The translations under genes and the position numbers were made by a program. Positions 18,425 to 29,570 of a stretch of DNA of 33,732 nt are shown here, one piece after another. Under the pieces are notes generated by a model. It saw nothing but the letters and a program-made list of their open reading frames with translations. It had not been told where the DNA came from and did no database searches. Source of the stretch: Stramenopiles sp. TOSAG23-2 (lineage: Eukaryota); assembly GCA_900128395.1 (NCBI GenBank), contig LT649356.1, positions 1 through 33,732 of the forward strand, read 5' to 3'. How positions within the stretch are numbered: the first letter of the stretch is position 1; each line of letters starts with the position of its first letter.

Positions 18425-21400
18425 ATGATGTCGGGAACTCAAGAAAAAGACATAGACTGGGAGCTTATTTTAAGTCTTTTAATAGAAGAAGCTGTTGGTG
18501 AAGATGTTTCTCGTAATCTAGGTGTGTTTAAGCAGGAGAACATAGATGGAGTAAAACGAGTGTTTTCGAAAGAATTGGATGCAATTAAAGATCTAAAAAG
18601 GGAATCTTCGCGAATGTTAGAAACTTCTGAATTTTCCCACCACAGTCTTGCACCATTGCGAAAAATGCAGGAGGATATAGATGACGTTAGAGACGAAATA
18701 AAACTTCTTAGTCGTAAAGAAGAAATGAAAATCAATGTAGCTAAAGTTTCAGACATTAATCCAGAGTTGCTATTTGATATCCAAGATGCAGACATGAAGG
18801 AAGAGACCCAAAATTATAATGCTAGACGCATGTTGTATGAGGCCAACGTAGATAGACTTACCAAGACTGAACAGGAACTAGGAGAAGGAAAATGGATTAG
18901 TTATGAGGCAACTATGTCAAACGTAGAAGAGTGCATGAATTGCCCCAACAAAATAAAAAAATATACAAATGACTTGATATCAAATTGGTATTTTGACAAA
19001 TTTATTCTAATCGCAATTATTTGCAACTGCATCACGTTAGCTTTGGATAATCCACAAAATACAGGCACGGAACTGGCCAAATTTATAGCAGTTATTGATT
19101 ATGTTTTTATAGGAATATTTGTTATAGAAATGGGATTGAAAATTACAGCATTAGGGTTCGTGAAAGAAGACAACTCATATCTTAGCGATCCATGGAATGT
19201 ATTGGATTTTATAATAGTCATGACAGGATTGTTAGCAATTTTGTTAGAAATTCTAGAATCCCCCACATCCAACGTAAGTGCGTTTAGGGCATTCAGAGTT
19301 TTAAGACCTTTGCGAACAATTACTCAATTTCCTGGCTTGCGTGTGCTAGTAAATGCAGTGCTTGAATCTTTAACCTTGCTAGGTAATACCATCGTTATTA
19401 TGTTTTTTTTCTTTATTGTCATGGGCATAGCTGGACTTCAAATGTTTAAAGGGATGCTGCATTATAGATGTTTCACGATGGTCAATGGTACATACGTAAT
19501 GGACCCTCGGGATGTAGACCCGGCTAGATTTTGCTCGGATGTAGAAAGGGAGTGTAATCCAGGATATGAGTGTTTAAAGCTCGGTACGAATCCACAAAAC
19601 GATGTCGTCTCATTTGACCATATCGGAGCAAGCATTATGAATCTATTCGTCTTCGTAACTTTAGAAGGTTGGTCAGATGTTATGTACTATTTATCAGATA
19701 CAGTTGGTCCAGCTATGGCTCTTTTCTTTTTTCTACCATTGATATTTATAGGTTCGTTCATATTGATTAATTTAACGCTCGCAGTTATTCTTTCTAGCTT
19801 CCGCCAATCAAAAGAAAGACAATATAAAGTCATTGAATCGAAACTAAAGCTCAATAAACGGCGTTCGGAGCTGCAACAAGTGCGAAGGTCGTTGTTAAAA
19901 ATGTCATCTGGCAAAGAGAACCCTGACAGTTTTAGCCCACAACGGGATCCTGAAAGTAAATGGAACAGTGTTAGAATAAAAATTAAAACAGCCCAAGCCC
20001 TTTCACAAGGGAAGTCTGCGGAAGCGAAACCGGTACAATTGTCAAGGCTAAAAAGGCTTAAAGCGTGTTTTAACAAGATGTGGAGCGATATGGTCTCTGC
20101 ACACCAAAATTTTAGGGCAAAGGTGACTGCACATAAATACTATGGGTGGTTCAATGGTTTCATCATTATTTGCATTATGTTAAATAGTATAGCATTTGCA
20201 ATAGAGCATCATAATATGCCGAAGGACTTGGAAGTCGTTTTAAATGCAATAAATTTAACATTTACATATATATTTATTGGTGAACTAGTTATCATGATGG
20301 TCATACACAATCCCTACAACTATGTAAGCGATTATTCAAGATGTTTTGATGGGTTTTTGGTTCTTACTAGTATTTTAAATTTAATTGTTGATAATATGAA
20401 TATCCAGGCAGATGCAGGGGCTAAAAGTATATTAGAAGCACTTGTCGTTTTTCGTGTTGCAAGGGCATTGCGTATTTTCCGTGTTGCAAGACAATTGAAA
20501 TCTATGGCCAACATTTTGGATGTCATGTCTCGAAGTATTAGTTCCTTCAGTTATATTTTTATCTTGCTTTTGCTTTTTATGTTTATTTTTACTATACTTG
20601 GAATGCAATTATTTTCCGGTTTCACGATGCCGAATCGGAACCAATTTAACGATTTTGGCCTCGCGTTTATAACAATTTTTCAAGTATTGACAGGGGAAAA
20701 TTGGAATGCATTATTAGAAGACTTTGCAGTAGCAGGAGGCCAACCTGGTACTATATTTCTTTTTTTCGTAGCATGGATTTTTGCCGGGCAATACATTTTA
20801 TTGAATTTAATTTTAGCAGTTATCATGGAACAGTTTGGGAACATGGAAGAAAAACAAGCGAAAAAAGACAAAGATTCCCCAGGTGGTGTGCGCAAGGCAC
20901 TCTCTAGATTAACGTCGTCATTTGGCACTTTTTCATCGTCCCCATTGGGCAAAAAGAAGGAGCTTACAGGGTTTAGAGCGAAACGATTATTTTGCTGTAA
21001 TCCAAAGGGTATAGTTGTTAAAAAAGCACAAGAAATTGCAAATAATAAAAATTTCGAGAATTTCATCTTGGTCATGATTATTTTAAGTAGTATTGTTTTG
21101 GCAGCGGAGGGGCCAACTGGCGAGGAACCTTCGGCGTTTTTGAACGTAATTGATATTCTGTTTAATATCATATTTATAGGTGAAGCTCTTGTAAAAATCA
21201 TTGCGATGGGATTTATTTTGCCTAAAAAATCATACCTTCGTGACAATTGGAATATTTTAGATTTTATTATCGTTTTATCAGGCATTTTGACAATGATCTT
21301 AATGTCATTTCCAACTTCCGGGAATTCGGAAAATATTGGATTTATGAAAGTATTGAGGATGCTACGGGTCCTTCGCCCCCTTAAAACGATCTCACGATAT

Positions 21401-23569
21401 CGAGGTATGCAATTAGTTGTTAGATGTTTGATAGAATCCATGGCGTCTGTGGGAAATGTTTTGATAGTTGCATTTGTATTATTTTTTGCATTTGCAGTTG
21501 CTGGGTATGCGTTGTTTGGTGGTAAATTTTATTCATGCAATGATCCTGACTTTCCAGGCGGAACCAGCCGATATGGAGTAAAAAATGCCAGCAACGTAGC
21601 GACGACAGTAATATTAAATGGCACATCGGCGATTATTCCAGCAAATCCAAATTACATATGGATTGTCGAACCTTGTAGTTCTGGCTATTTTGCAAAAGAT
21701 GGGACGGAAAGAGCATGGGAGAACGCCGAATTCCATTTTGATAATTTCCCACAGTCGCTTATCACATTATTTGTTTTGTTCTCGCTTGAAGGGTGGCCAG
21801 ACATATTATGGCCAGCAATGGACGTTACAGATGTCGATGTTAGTCCTTCTGAAGGTGCTTTTGCGATGTTTGGATTTTCATATTTTTGCTTATTCATATT
21901 CTTAGCATCGATGCTTTTGTTGAATTTATTTACTGGTGTAATTTTTGAATCATATTTGCAACAAAATAGAGCCATGAAAACAGAAGGTATCTCAATCTTT
22001 ATTACGCCCGAACAGCAAGAATGGATTGATAAAATGAAAGTGTACATGAATGCAAAAAAGCCGCCTCAAAAGTTTGACCCACCGGAACACCCGTTGCGAT
22101 TTAAAGTGTATAACATTGTGACGAATTCAAAGTTCGACACTCTCATTTATGTGTTCATCATTTCAAATTTAATTCAACAAGCTTCTACGTGGGAGGGAGA
22201 GCCGGAAGCTTGGACAACTGGAAGTACTTATCTATCATATTTCTTTACTTTTGCTTTCTTTGTCGAAGCAGTTATGAAGATATATGGTTTGGGCTGGAAA
22301 CCATATTGGTCTGATGGATGGAACAAATTTGATTTTGTATTGGTTACATTTTCATTTCTTGATCTCGGGATGACATTCGTTTCTCTAAATTTTTCATTTT
22401 TTCGCGTCCTCCGTGTCGGACGAGTTATTGGCCGCATATTACGTATAATACGAGTTTCGCGAGTAGCTCGATTAGCAAAAGCGTTTTCAGGATTAAGAAC
22501 GATTTCCTCTACACTTGCAATGTCATTTTTTTCCTTGATTAACATTGTTACATTGTTGTTCCTAGTATATTTCATATATGCTGTTTTAGGCGTCAAAACG
22601 TTTGGCGCCATCAAAGAAGGTGCACATGGATTCATAAACGAACAAAGAAATTTTAATAACTTTGGGAGTGCAATGTTATTTACAATTGTTATCAGCACTG
22701 GCGAAAGTTGGAATGGGGTGATGTATGATGCGATGAAAAGCGGGAATTTAATGGCAGTTGTCTACTTTTTCACATTTATTATTTTAGCTCAACTAGTCAT
22801 GATGAATTTGTTTATCATGATCATTGTCGAAAATTTTGATAATTTAAATTCGAAAGAAGATAATGGAGAGCTCGAATTCGACACTATATTCAAAGCCGTG
22901 TGGGAATTGTTTGATCCAGAAGGTACTGGAAAGATGCTTATGGTAGACTTGGAGGAGTTTTTAAAACGGCTTCCAAATCATTATGGTTTACGGCGCGACG
23001 CAACCAATTCTCAGTTACTTAGAATATTGCAAGAGCTGGAACTGCACGTTTGGGAGGTGCCGAATTCTGATTATCGCGATGAAATTGATAAAATGATAGA
23101 TTTCAAAGAGCTGCTTGTTGCTTTGCATAGACGAATACGTCATATTGATATAAATGACAGCGTTTTAGGCACTCTTAAAGTAACACCGATCGATGTGAAA
23201 TCATCCATTCTAGAGAACGCTACTTCGAAAGGTGTATTTGGAGGTAAGACCAAGAAAAAGAATTTACCAACAATAGGAATGGGAACCGTTAGTCATGAAT
23301 TTGCAGTACGTTCCATTACTCGGATATTCCGCAAATGGCGAAGATATCACGGCAATGAAAGGTCGAGATCGCCAGTACCTGAAATTGAAGGCATCAAAAG
23401 TCCAACAAAGAAAATATTAATAATAAATAATTCATTATTAGAGGAGCATAATTTAGTTGGCGAATTGAGCACAGAAATTACTGAAATTGAAGGCAGACTT
23501 GGCAGTAGTTCCCCAGGAAGAAGAACCTCTAATTCTCGTTCAAGATCAAACAGTTTTACAAGCAGGTAG
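18425..23569 (+). CDS. Four-domain voltage-gated cation channel alpha-1 subunit with EEEE (Ca2+-type) filter
   Basis: Four 6TM repeats with Arg-rich S4s. Pore motifs are TLEGW (E codon at 19664), TGENW (20696), SLEGW (21788) and TGESW (22703). C-terminal EF-hand-like WELFDPEGTG and IQ-like AVRSITRIFRKWR. Intronless, 1714 aa. Confidence 0.95.
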   Translation: MMSGTQEKDIDWELILSLLIEEAVGEDVSRNLGVFKQENIDGVKRVFSKELDAIKDLKRESSRMLETSEFSHHSLAPLRKMQEDIDDVRDEIKLLSRKEEMKINVAKVSDINPELLFDIQDADMKEETQNYNARRMLYEANVDRLTKTEQELGEGKWISYEATMSNVEECMNCPNKIKKYTNDLISNWYFDKFILIAIICNCITLALDNPQNTGTELAKFIAVIDYVFIGIFVIEMGLKITALGFVKEDNSYLSDPWNVLDFIIVMTGLLAILLEILESPTSNVSAFRAFRVLRPLRTITQFPGLRVLVNAVLESLTLLGNTIVIMFFFFIVMGIAGLQMFKGMLHYRCFTMVNGTYVMDPRDVDPARFCSDVERECNPGYECLKLGTNPQNDVVSFDHIGASIMNLFVFVTLEGWSDVMYYLSDTVGPAMALFFFLPLIFIGSFILINLTLAVILSSFRQSKERQYKVIESKLKLNKRRSELQQVRRSLLKMSSGKENPDSFSPQRDPESKWNSVRIKIKTAQALSQGKSAEAKPVQLSRLKRLKACFNKMWSDMVSAHQNFRAKVTAHKYYGWFNGFIIICIMLNSIAFAIEHHNMPKDLEVVLNAINLTFTYIFIGELVIMMVIHNPYNYVSDYSRCFDGFLVLTSILNLIVDNMNIQADAGAKSILEALVVFRVARALRIFRVARQLKSMANILDVMSRSISSFSYIFILLLLFMFIFTILGMQLFSGFTMPNRNQFNDFGLAFITIFQVLTGENWNALLEDFAVAGGQPGTIFLFFVAWIFAGQYILLNLILAVIMEQFGNMEEKQAKKDKDSPGGVRKALSRLTSSFGTFSSSPLGKKKELTGFRAKRLFCCNPKGIVVKKAQEIANNKNFENFILVMIILSSIVLAAEGPTGEEPSAFLNVIDILFNIIFIGEALVKIIAMGFILPKKSYLRDNWNILDFIIVLSGILTMILMSFPTSGNSENIGFMKVLRMLRVLRPLKTISRYRGMQLVVRCLIESMASVGNVLIVAFVLFFAFAVAGYALFGGKFYSCNDPDFPGGTSRYGVKNASNVATTVILNGTSAIIPANPNYIWIVEPCSSGYFAKDGTERAWENAEFHFDNFPQSLITLFVLFSLEGWPDILWPAMDVTDVDVSPSEGAFAMFGFSYFCLFIFLASMLLLNLFTGVIFESYLQQNRAMKTEGISIFITPEQQEWIDKMKVYMNAKKPPQKFDPPEHPLRFKVYNIVTNSKFDTLIYVFIISNLIQQASTWEGEPEAWTTGSTYLSYFFTFAFFVEAVMKIYGLGWKPYWSDGWNKFDFVLVTFSFLDLGMTFVSLNFSFFRVLRVGRVIGRILRIIRVSRVARLAKAFSGLRTISSTLAMSFFSLINIVTLLFLVYFIYAVLGVKTFGAIKEGAHGFINEQRNFNNFGSAMLFTIVISTGESWNGVMYDAMKSGNLMAVVYFFTFIILAQLVMMNLFIMIIVENFDNLNSKEDNGELEFDTIFKAVWELFDPEGTGKMLMVDLEEFLKRLPNHYGLRRDATNSQLLRILQELELHVWEVPNSDYRDEIDKMIDFKELLVALHRRIRHIDINDSVLGTLKVTPIDVKSSILENATSKGVFGGKTKKKNLPTIGMGTVSHEFAVRSITRIFRKWRRYHGNERSRSPVPEIEGIKSPTKKILIINNSLLEEHNLVGELSTEITEIEGRLGSSSPGRRTSNSRSRSNSFTSR

Positions 23570-23871
23570 ATCGCGTAGGCATAAATTATTACCGAGTATG
23601 CATAGGAAGGCGGAGAATAAAATCTACTACGCGTAAATATATATATTTTTTTATTATATTATCATATCATACGCTTCGCGTATCATATCATATCATACGA
23701 TTATTGTACGTGTGTAATACGTATACTACGTTCGTATTTTTTTAGTTTTTACTCATGATTAATTCTCTACTCAGCCCAAAATTTTTTTTATTTTTTAAAA
23801 CTTTTTTAATGCGTTTGTGTAAAATTGTGTATGATAGTTGTTCTTTTTTATAAATTTGTCAAATCCCTTTC

Positions 23872-25599
23872 TCATTGCGCTTGATACCTTTTCCTAGCTT
23901 TCACCCATTCGTTACCGCCCTTCACGGGACCACTGTTACTTGTTTTCTCGTTCTTTTTTTCATTTACAACTGAGTCAAGTGACATATTTTTCGGGACAAC
24001 CTGTGCAAAAAGCTGCTGTCGTCTATAAAACATGAGACCAAAAGCAGAAAGGGAAAACCACGATAACAGTGACCAGAATATTAAAAATCCAATAATAGGA
24101 CGGTACGTATTTGACGTAAAAATACCAGTAGAAGTGATTTCTTTGACCCAATCTGTAATTCGCTTAGCCTCATCATTTTCACCAACGAATAAATTAAGTA
24201 AACCTCTTTTATTATCTTTCGTTGAGGAACCACTTGATGAATTAAAAAGGGCATGCTCTGTTCCGACGTTTTCCCAACCCACTTGCTCTTTTAAAAGATG
24301 CTGAATATTATTGCAAATGTGCAAATTATAATTTCCCTTACGGTGTAATAAAAGTGTTAATGCAAGGTTAAATATGATAGGACCGCAATATTGAACACCT
24401 ACAACGCACACACGCCAAAATATTTGCTTTACACCATAACTGATACGATTGGTCATTGCTTTGTCAATATTACTAACAGTATGCATAATCTCATTTACTT
24501 GAGTCTTTGCTTCTTCCAAATGTGCTTGTAAATATTTGCGTAGTAAATATAAGCTTAAAAAACTAGAGAATAGCAAGAAATATGTACGACCCGCATAAAA
24601 GATTGACTCAGTAATAAAAAAATATCCTTCCGGTGGAAAGCTCCTGCAATCTCGAATTAATTCATCTGCATTGCATGCTACCAATCCCCGTGTTAATATG
24701 AAGTCAGTCGTTAATGGTGGAATCCAGCATAGAGATAAAAACAATGGCGCAAAATATGTTATTTGTAAAGCAGCATTTAATAAAAATCCGTTTTGATCGG
24801 AATCAACCATTTCATTATAATATTTCGACATTCGTAATGCCGGTAAGACGTAACTACTTGATATGATACCGCATGTAATTGCTAGTATTAAACGTATATA
24901 AACAGCATCGATTAAATCATCAACAACTTTTTCCTCTGGTGTTGCTACAGCAAGATACAGTTGCTTCACATTTTTATTCAGCTCAGGCATCGCTAAATCC
25001 AAACGGAAATCTATTACTGTTGGGGGTAAATTTAAAGCACCAAATGCAACAATACTGCTGAAAACGCCTATAATAATTGCCATTTGTGTATCAAAATGTT
25101 TCACACTTCGTTTACTCAATAATTTAATATTTAACGAGATACCAACATATGCCATGAAACATAACAATATCGTACTTAGATCTAAATTAACTGGTGCCGT
25201 ATCTAAGCACTTTATTATATTTGAAACAGAATATACCATCAATGCTTGAATTGTCAATACAAAAATCCATTGCAAATCTTGCAGAACTAAAAAGTGTTTT
25301 GCATATTCAGGAAAATTTTCAGTTGAAATTTTATCTTGGAATAAAACAAACGAATCCAAACGTTTTGACGTTAAATATTCTTTTTCTTTCTCTGCTTGTT
25401 TCTTCTTCTTTTTTGCACTTGGTTTTCTTTGATGCTGTTTTGGCATTTTAATACCATCTACTTGCTCTAAGTCAGGAGGTAAGTAATAATTCAACCCAAG
25501 TAATACATATGAAACAGGGTCGATTAGTAATCCTAATACTTTAGTTGATAAATACAAAACTAATAGTTCAGCTATGGTACTATACGCGAACACGGCCAT
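23872..25599 (-). CDS. TMEM161: TMEM161-family multipass membrane protein
   Basis: N-terminal hydrophobic segment then LNYYLPP, about 8 TM segments, and family-like motifs LPALRMSKYY, LRKYLQAHL, CVVGVQYCGP and IIGFLIFWS. Confidence 0.8.
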   Translation of the reverse strand: MAVFAYSTIAELLVLYLSTKVLGLLIDPVSYVLLGLNYYLPPDLEQVDGIKMPKQHQRKPSAKKKKKQAEKEKEYLTSKRLDSFVLFQDKISTENFPEYAKHFLVLQDLQWIFVLTIQALMVYSVSNIIKCLDTAPVNLDLSTILLCFMAYVGISLNIKLLSKRSVKHFDTQMAIIIGVFSSIVAFGALNLPPTVIDFRLDLAMPELNKNVKQLYLAVATPEEKVVDDLIDAVYIRLILAITCGIISSSYVLPALRMSKYYNEMVDSDQNGFLLNAALQITYFAPLFLSLCWIPPLTTDFILTRGLVACNADELIRDCRSFPPEGYFFITESIFYAGRTYFLLFSSFLSLYLLRKYLQAHLEEAKTQVNEIMHTVSNIDKAMTNRISYGVKQIFWRVCVVGVQYCGPIIFNLALTLLLHRKGNYNLHICNNIQHLLKEQVGWENVGTEHALFNSSSGSSTKDNKRGLLNLFVGENDEAKRITDWVKEITSTGIFTSNTYRPIIGFLIFWSLLSWFSLSAFGLMFYRRQQLFAQVVPKNMSLDSVVNEKKNEKTSNSGPVKGGNEWVKARKRYQAQ

Positions 25600-26199
25600 A
25601 ATGCCAATATAATTATTGTTTTTAGGTAAATATATATATTAACTATTTTCTTTATTTATGGTACACGAAAAGAAAGCGAACGGAAATTATATATATATAT
25701 ATATGTAAATTAAAAATCAAATACGATCTTTCTTTCAAATGAATTAGAAGTAGTTTATATAAATTCTTCTATATAATACATTAATTTACTCCGACTGTCG
25801 TCAATCTGATACATCATATATATATTTTAATTTAATTCATAAATAAATAATAAAAAATATAATAATATAAAAAAATGTACGGCTCTCGCTCTGCTCATTA
25901 TTCTTCTCTGCTGCTCTTCGTCTTCTATTAATACTGTATTATAGTGCTTAACAACATTTTGATAGGAAAAAAGACTAGTGAGTAAAGTTAATTAATCTTT
26001 ACCTACCTGAAATTTAGGATGGACACAGCATTAAATAGCATAGATAGAGCATTAAAAATCTGATAAATTCCAGAAACAGCGTAAGAAATTAATAGTTACC
26101 AGGAGGTAATAAATAATACCGAAAATATTATAATAGAACGAAAAAATTTTATTAGAAGAGGAAATTTTGATGTTCATTCTCAAAAAAAATTAAAAGTTC

Positions 26200-27389
26200 T
26201 CACATACCTCTGATTTCTTTATTTTCCCTTGCTTTTCTACTGATTTCAAAACGTTTTGGCCAATTTTTGCAATTATATGGGACGGCACATGGATTTCCTT
26301 CTATGCAACTACAATTTGCACTATCATCACCAGCTCCACTTGTTGCACCAAACGCATCGTTATCATTTGATGAGAATTGTTTATTACTTAAAGTTTTCAT
26401 TGAATGGGAATATTCATAATGATTAAATTTTTTTAATGAACCAAATTTCATTGCAAGTTTTAAACACCACTCTGTATCAACATCAGTTAAATCTGGATTC
26501 CCATTTTCCGCTGCTGATTTCAACGTGCAGGGATTGCCATATATACATAATGATTTAATACGTTTACATTTTTTCATATCCTCCATCGTTTTCCGCATTT
26601 TAATATCATTGTTTCCAATATTTAATTCTTCAAGCGTATTTAAAAGTGTTGACATATGATCAATTAAACCACCACCATCTGAAGCATCCATAGAACCTAA
26701 TTCACATTGTTCCAATCGTAAAATGCGTAAATGTTTACATGTTGCAAATGTTTTTTTGGTATTTTCATTGAATTGTTTAAATGGATTATATGATAAATCC
26801 AAAACTAGCAATAAAGGCAAATGCGATAAATCAGGGAAGTCTAATATTTTGTTACCAGCAGCAATGATTTCTCTTAAGAAAACTCCATTTATTTTATTTA
26901 TTGAAGGGCTTGTGAAGCAATTATCGGTTATATTTAATGCAATTATTTGATTTTGCATGTTGCGGTTCATGATTAATTCAAATATATCTGAACTTTGGCA
27001 TGAAATCCGTTGTTTTCTTAAAAGAGCTTGTTCAAGATCTACACTTGAACCAATATCAGCACTGATATTATTGTTATTATCCATGACCACATATTTATTA
27101 TTGTTAATATCATTGTTCATATTGTTCTTATTATTTGGATCCTCATTCTTATCCTCCACAATAACATTGGTATTATTATTTATTCTATTATTTATGCCAC
27201 CTTCGTCATTTAAATTAAGCTGTTCAAGTTTTTCATTCTCTTCTTCTTCCACCTTTTTAGCCTTTTCCATTTCAGATGCTGCTAGGTCTGCTGCTAGTTT
27301 TAATCGTTTAATTTCATGTTCTTCTGCAATTGTCCATAGATCAAACAACATACCCGATGACAATATATTTGTGTTTTTGTTGTTCGCAA

Positions 27390-27440
<51 letters not shown>

Positions 27441-27741
27441 CTATGCGAAACCAGTAATCAATATTTTTTAATAATTCATTATATTGATCTGCAGGAGATG
27501 CTTTACCCCCATACGGACTTTCTAGTGTTTTCCAAGGATCAATTAACGGGATCTCTTCCACAACAGGTTCTGGTGGTGATACCTTTTTTTTTACAACTTT
27601 TGATTTTTTTACATTATTTTTATTATTTGTTTTTTTTACAACATATTTACTCGTACCACCTGCATTGTTTTTCTTCTTTCCTTTTTTATTATTACCATTA
27701 GTATTATACTTTCCTTTTTTTTTCTTTTTTCCACTACTCAT
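26200..27741 (-). CDS. LRR protein (SDS22-like) with Lys-rich N-terminus, poly-Asn tract and C-terminal Cys motif
   Basis: LRRs LNITDNCF, IIAAGNKI, LDLSYNPF, LRLEQCEL, LNIGNNDI and an LRR cap LCIYGNPC. Tail CSCIEGNPCAVPYNCKNWPKRF. Confidence 0.82.
27391..27438. repeat. (ATT)16 microsatellite encoding poly-Asn on the minus strand
   Basis: Read directly; matches the N16 run in the 513-aa ORF. Confidence 0.93.
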
Positions 27742-28229
27742 ATCTCACATATGTATATCTAATATATATTCCAGTACCATTCTATTCTTGTTCTATATTT
27801 GTTTAGATATAATTGCGTGTGAATTGACCACGACACACACACACACATTTATTTTTTGGTTTCTATGATACTAATAACGGTTTGCCAGTTTGGTGCCGCG
27901 CGCCAACTCACTGAACTCACATCATTTCCACTAAGGTTAGTGTGGTGGTTTTTTTTTTGGTTGCTTTTTTTTTCTCAATACTAGGACATATAGGAGGTAT
28001 TAATATCTTTAAGTACAATAATCATTACTGTGTATAATTGTTGTGCTAAGGGCTTAAGTTGCGTTTCTTTTTTCCCATTTTTCCATTTAGTGAATTTAGA
28101 CAGTAGTGGGGGAGGACGGGAGGAAGCAAAACAACAGAGGGAGATTTCTCTCTACTATAACTATGTTATTATAATGTAAATATAATAATAATAATATTTT
28201 AATATTAAGTTATAATTACTATATAATTC

Positions 28230-28976
28230 AAATACATTTCGCGTAGGGGTGATTTTGGGGGAGTATACGATGGTCCATACTTAAACCGAATTCTGATATG
28301 GTATTTTCCTATATGATTTTGGAGTCTAAGAAATCGTACCACTCCGTTCCTGAAGTCGGTTGCATTGGGGCAGGAGAGAAGGGTCGAAAAAAATGTCAAA
28401 AAAAAATTTTCCGCGTTGTGCCACATATATCAGGAGAGGATAGCATGTCCCACAGTTATGTGGTGAATGAACAATTTTTTCCACAAAAATAGCGTTTTTT
28501 TGTAAATCGGGATGATAGAGAAAATGTGTTTTACATACTTAAATCGTCTAAAATTAATATATTTTTTCTTTGTTAATAGTGTTAAGACATGTTGTATACA
28601 TTTTTTGTACCGAAAATGGAATTATCTTTAGCTAAATGTCAGTAGTAGATAGGTTTTGTGTTAAGGAGATGCAAGAAATTGTAGAAAAAAGTGGATAGAA
28701 ATTAGAAAAAATACCAAGATATTGAAATAACCGCAACAATTGGCAAAAAATTACAAGAAACCGTGGATTTTGTAAATTAAGTAACAATAATTTAATAGTG
28801 AATAGTGTATTTTTAATATTTAAGGATACCAGACGATTTAGAACACAGCTGATAGAAATTAGAACAAGTATTTATATGAATAACAACATAAAATTAATGT
28901 ACGACGCCGGCCACCCAAAATGATTGCAATTACTTCCTCCTTATTTCGAACATTTGCCGGCGGCGTTAGCCCCTAG
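28230..28976. mobile_element. Candidate non-autonomous repeat or transposon remnant (boundaries uncertain)
   Basis: No credible ORF. It has an inverted repeat (28540-28549/28831-28840), a direct repeat (28694-28707/28851-28864) and a GC-rich inverted repeat (28901-28911/28956-28966) just before CTAG|T. Confidence 0.25.
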
Positions 28977-29570
28977 TATATATAAATTAACAGATATATC
29001 TTCTATGGTTTAGAAAAATGTGAGAAACATATATACTAACAAGTATAAGATAGTAGTGATGTATAGCAGGTGAATACTACGCACCAGGTTTTTGAACCAA
29101 AGAAAAAATTTTCTGAAATCATCGGTCACAACTTTTTAAAAATATATATTAAGTATATATATTTTTATACTAAGATTCCTATTGATTCCTATTTGATTTT
29201 TCCTTGTTGCCTTGTGTATACGAATGCACGAATGCATGTGCATATATTGAATAATAATATATGTATACATGACAGATTTATGTGAACACCTTGACGAATC
29301 ATGATATTAGTATATATATATGTATAAAAGAATTTCTTTTTTTTTTTATCTGTGTGGTGGTGGTGAATAATCTTAATCATCTTCTATTTCATCGTTTAGT
29401 GTTTTCAGTAGGTATATTCATACATATATATATATATATATATTTGTACGTAAGGTACAGATTATATATTAGACATATAGCTAGATTGATTTAACTAGGT
29501 ATCATTTAATTTTGGTTTACATTCAAATTTATCCAATATATACACACATTATTTTTATATAAATAAAAAA

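Noticed and set aside
14042-25599. Impression of higher GC3 in the channel block, suggesting foreign origin
   Set aside because: Not quantifiable by eye; the genes are typical eukaryotic families and no insertion boundaries are visible.
27897-27907. E2F-like site (GCGCGCCAA) upstream of the LRR gene
   Set aside because: A single imperfect short match with no corroboration.
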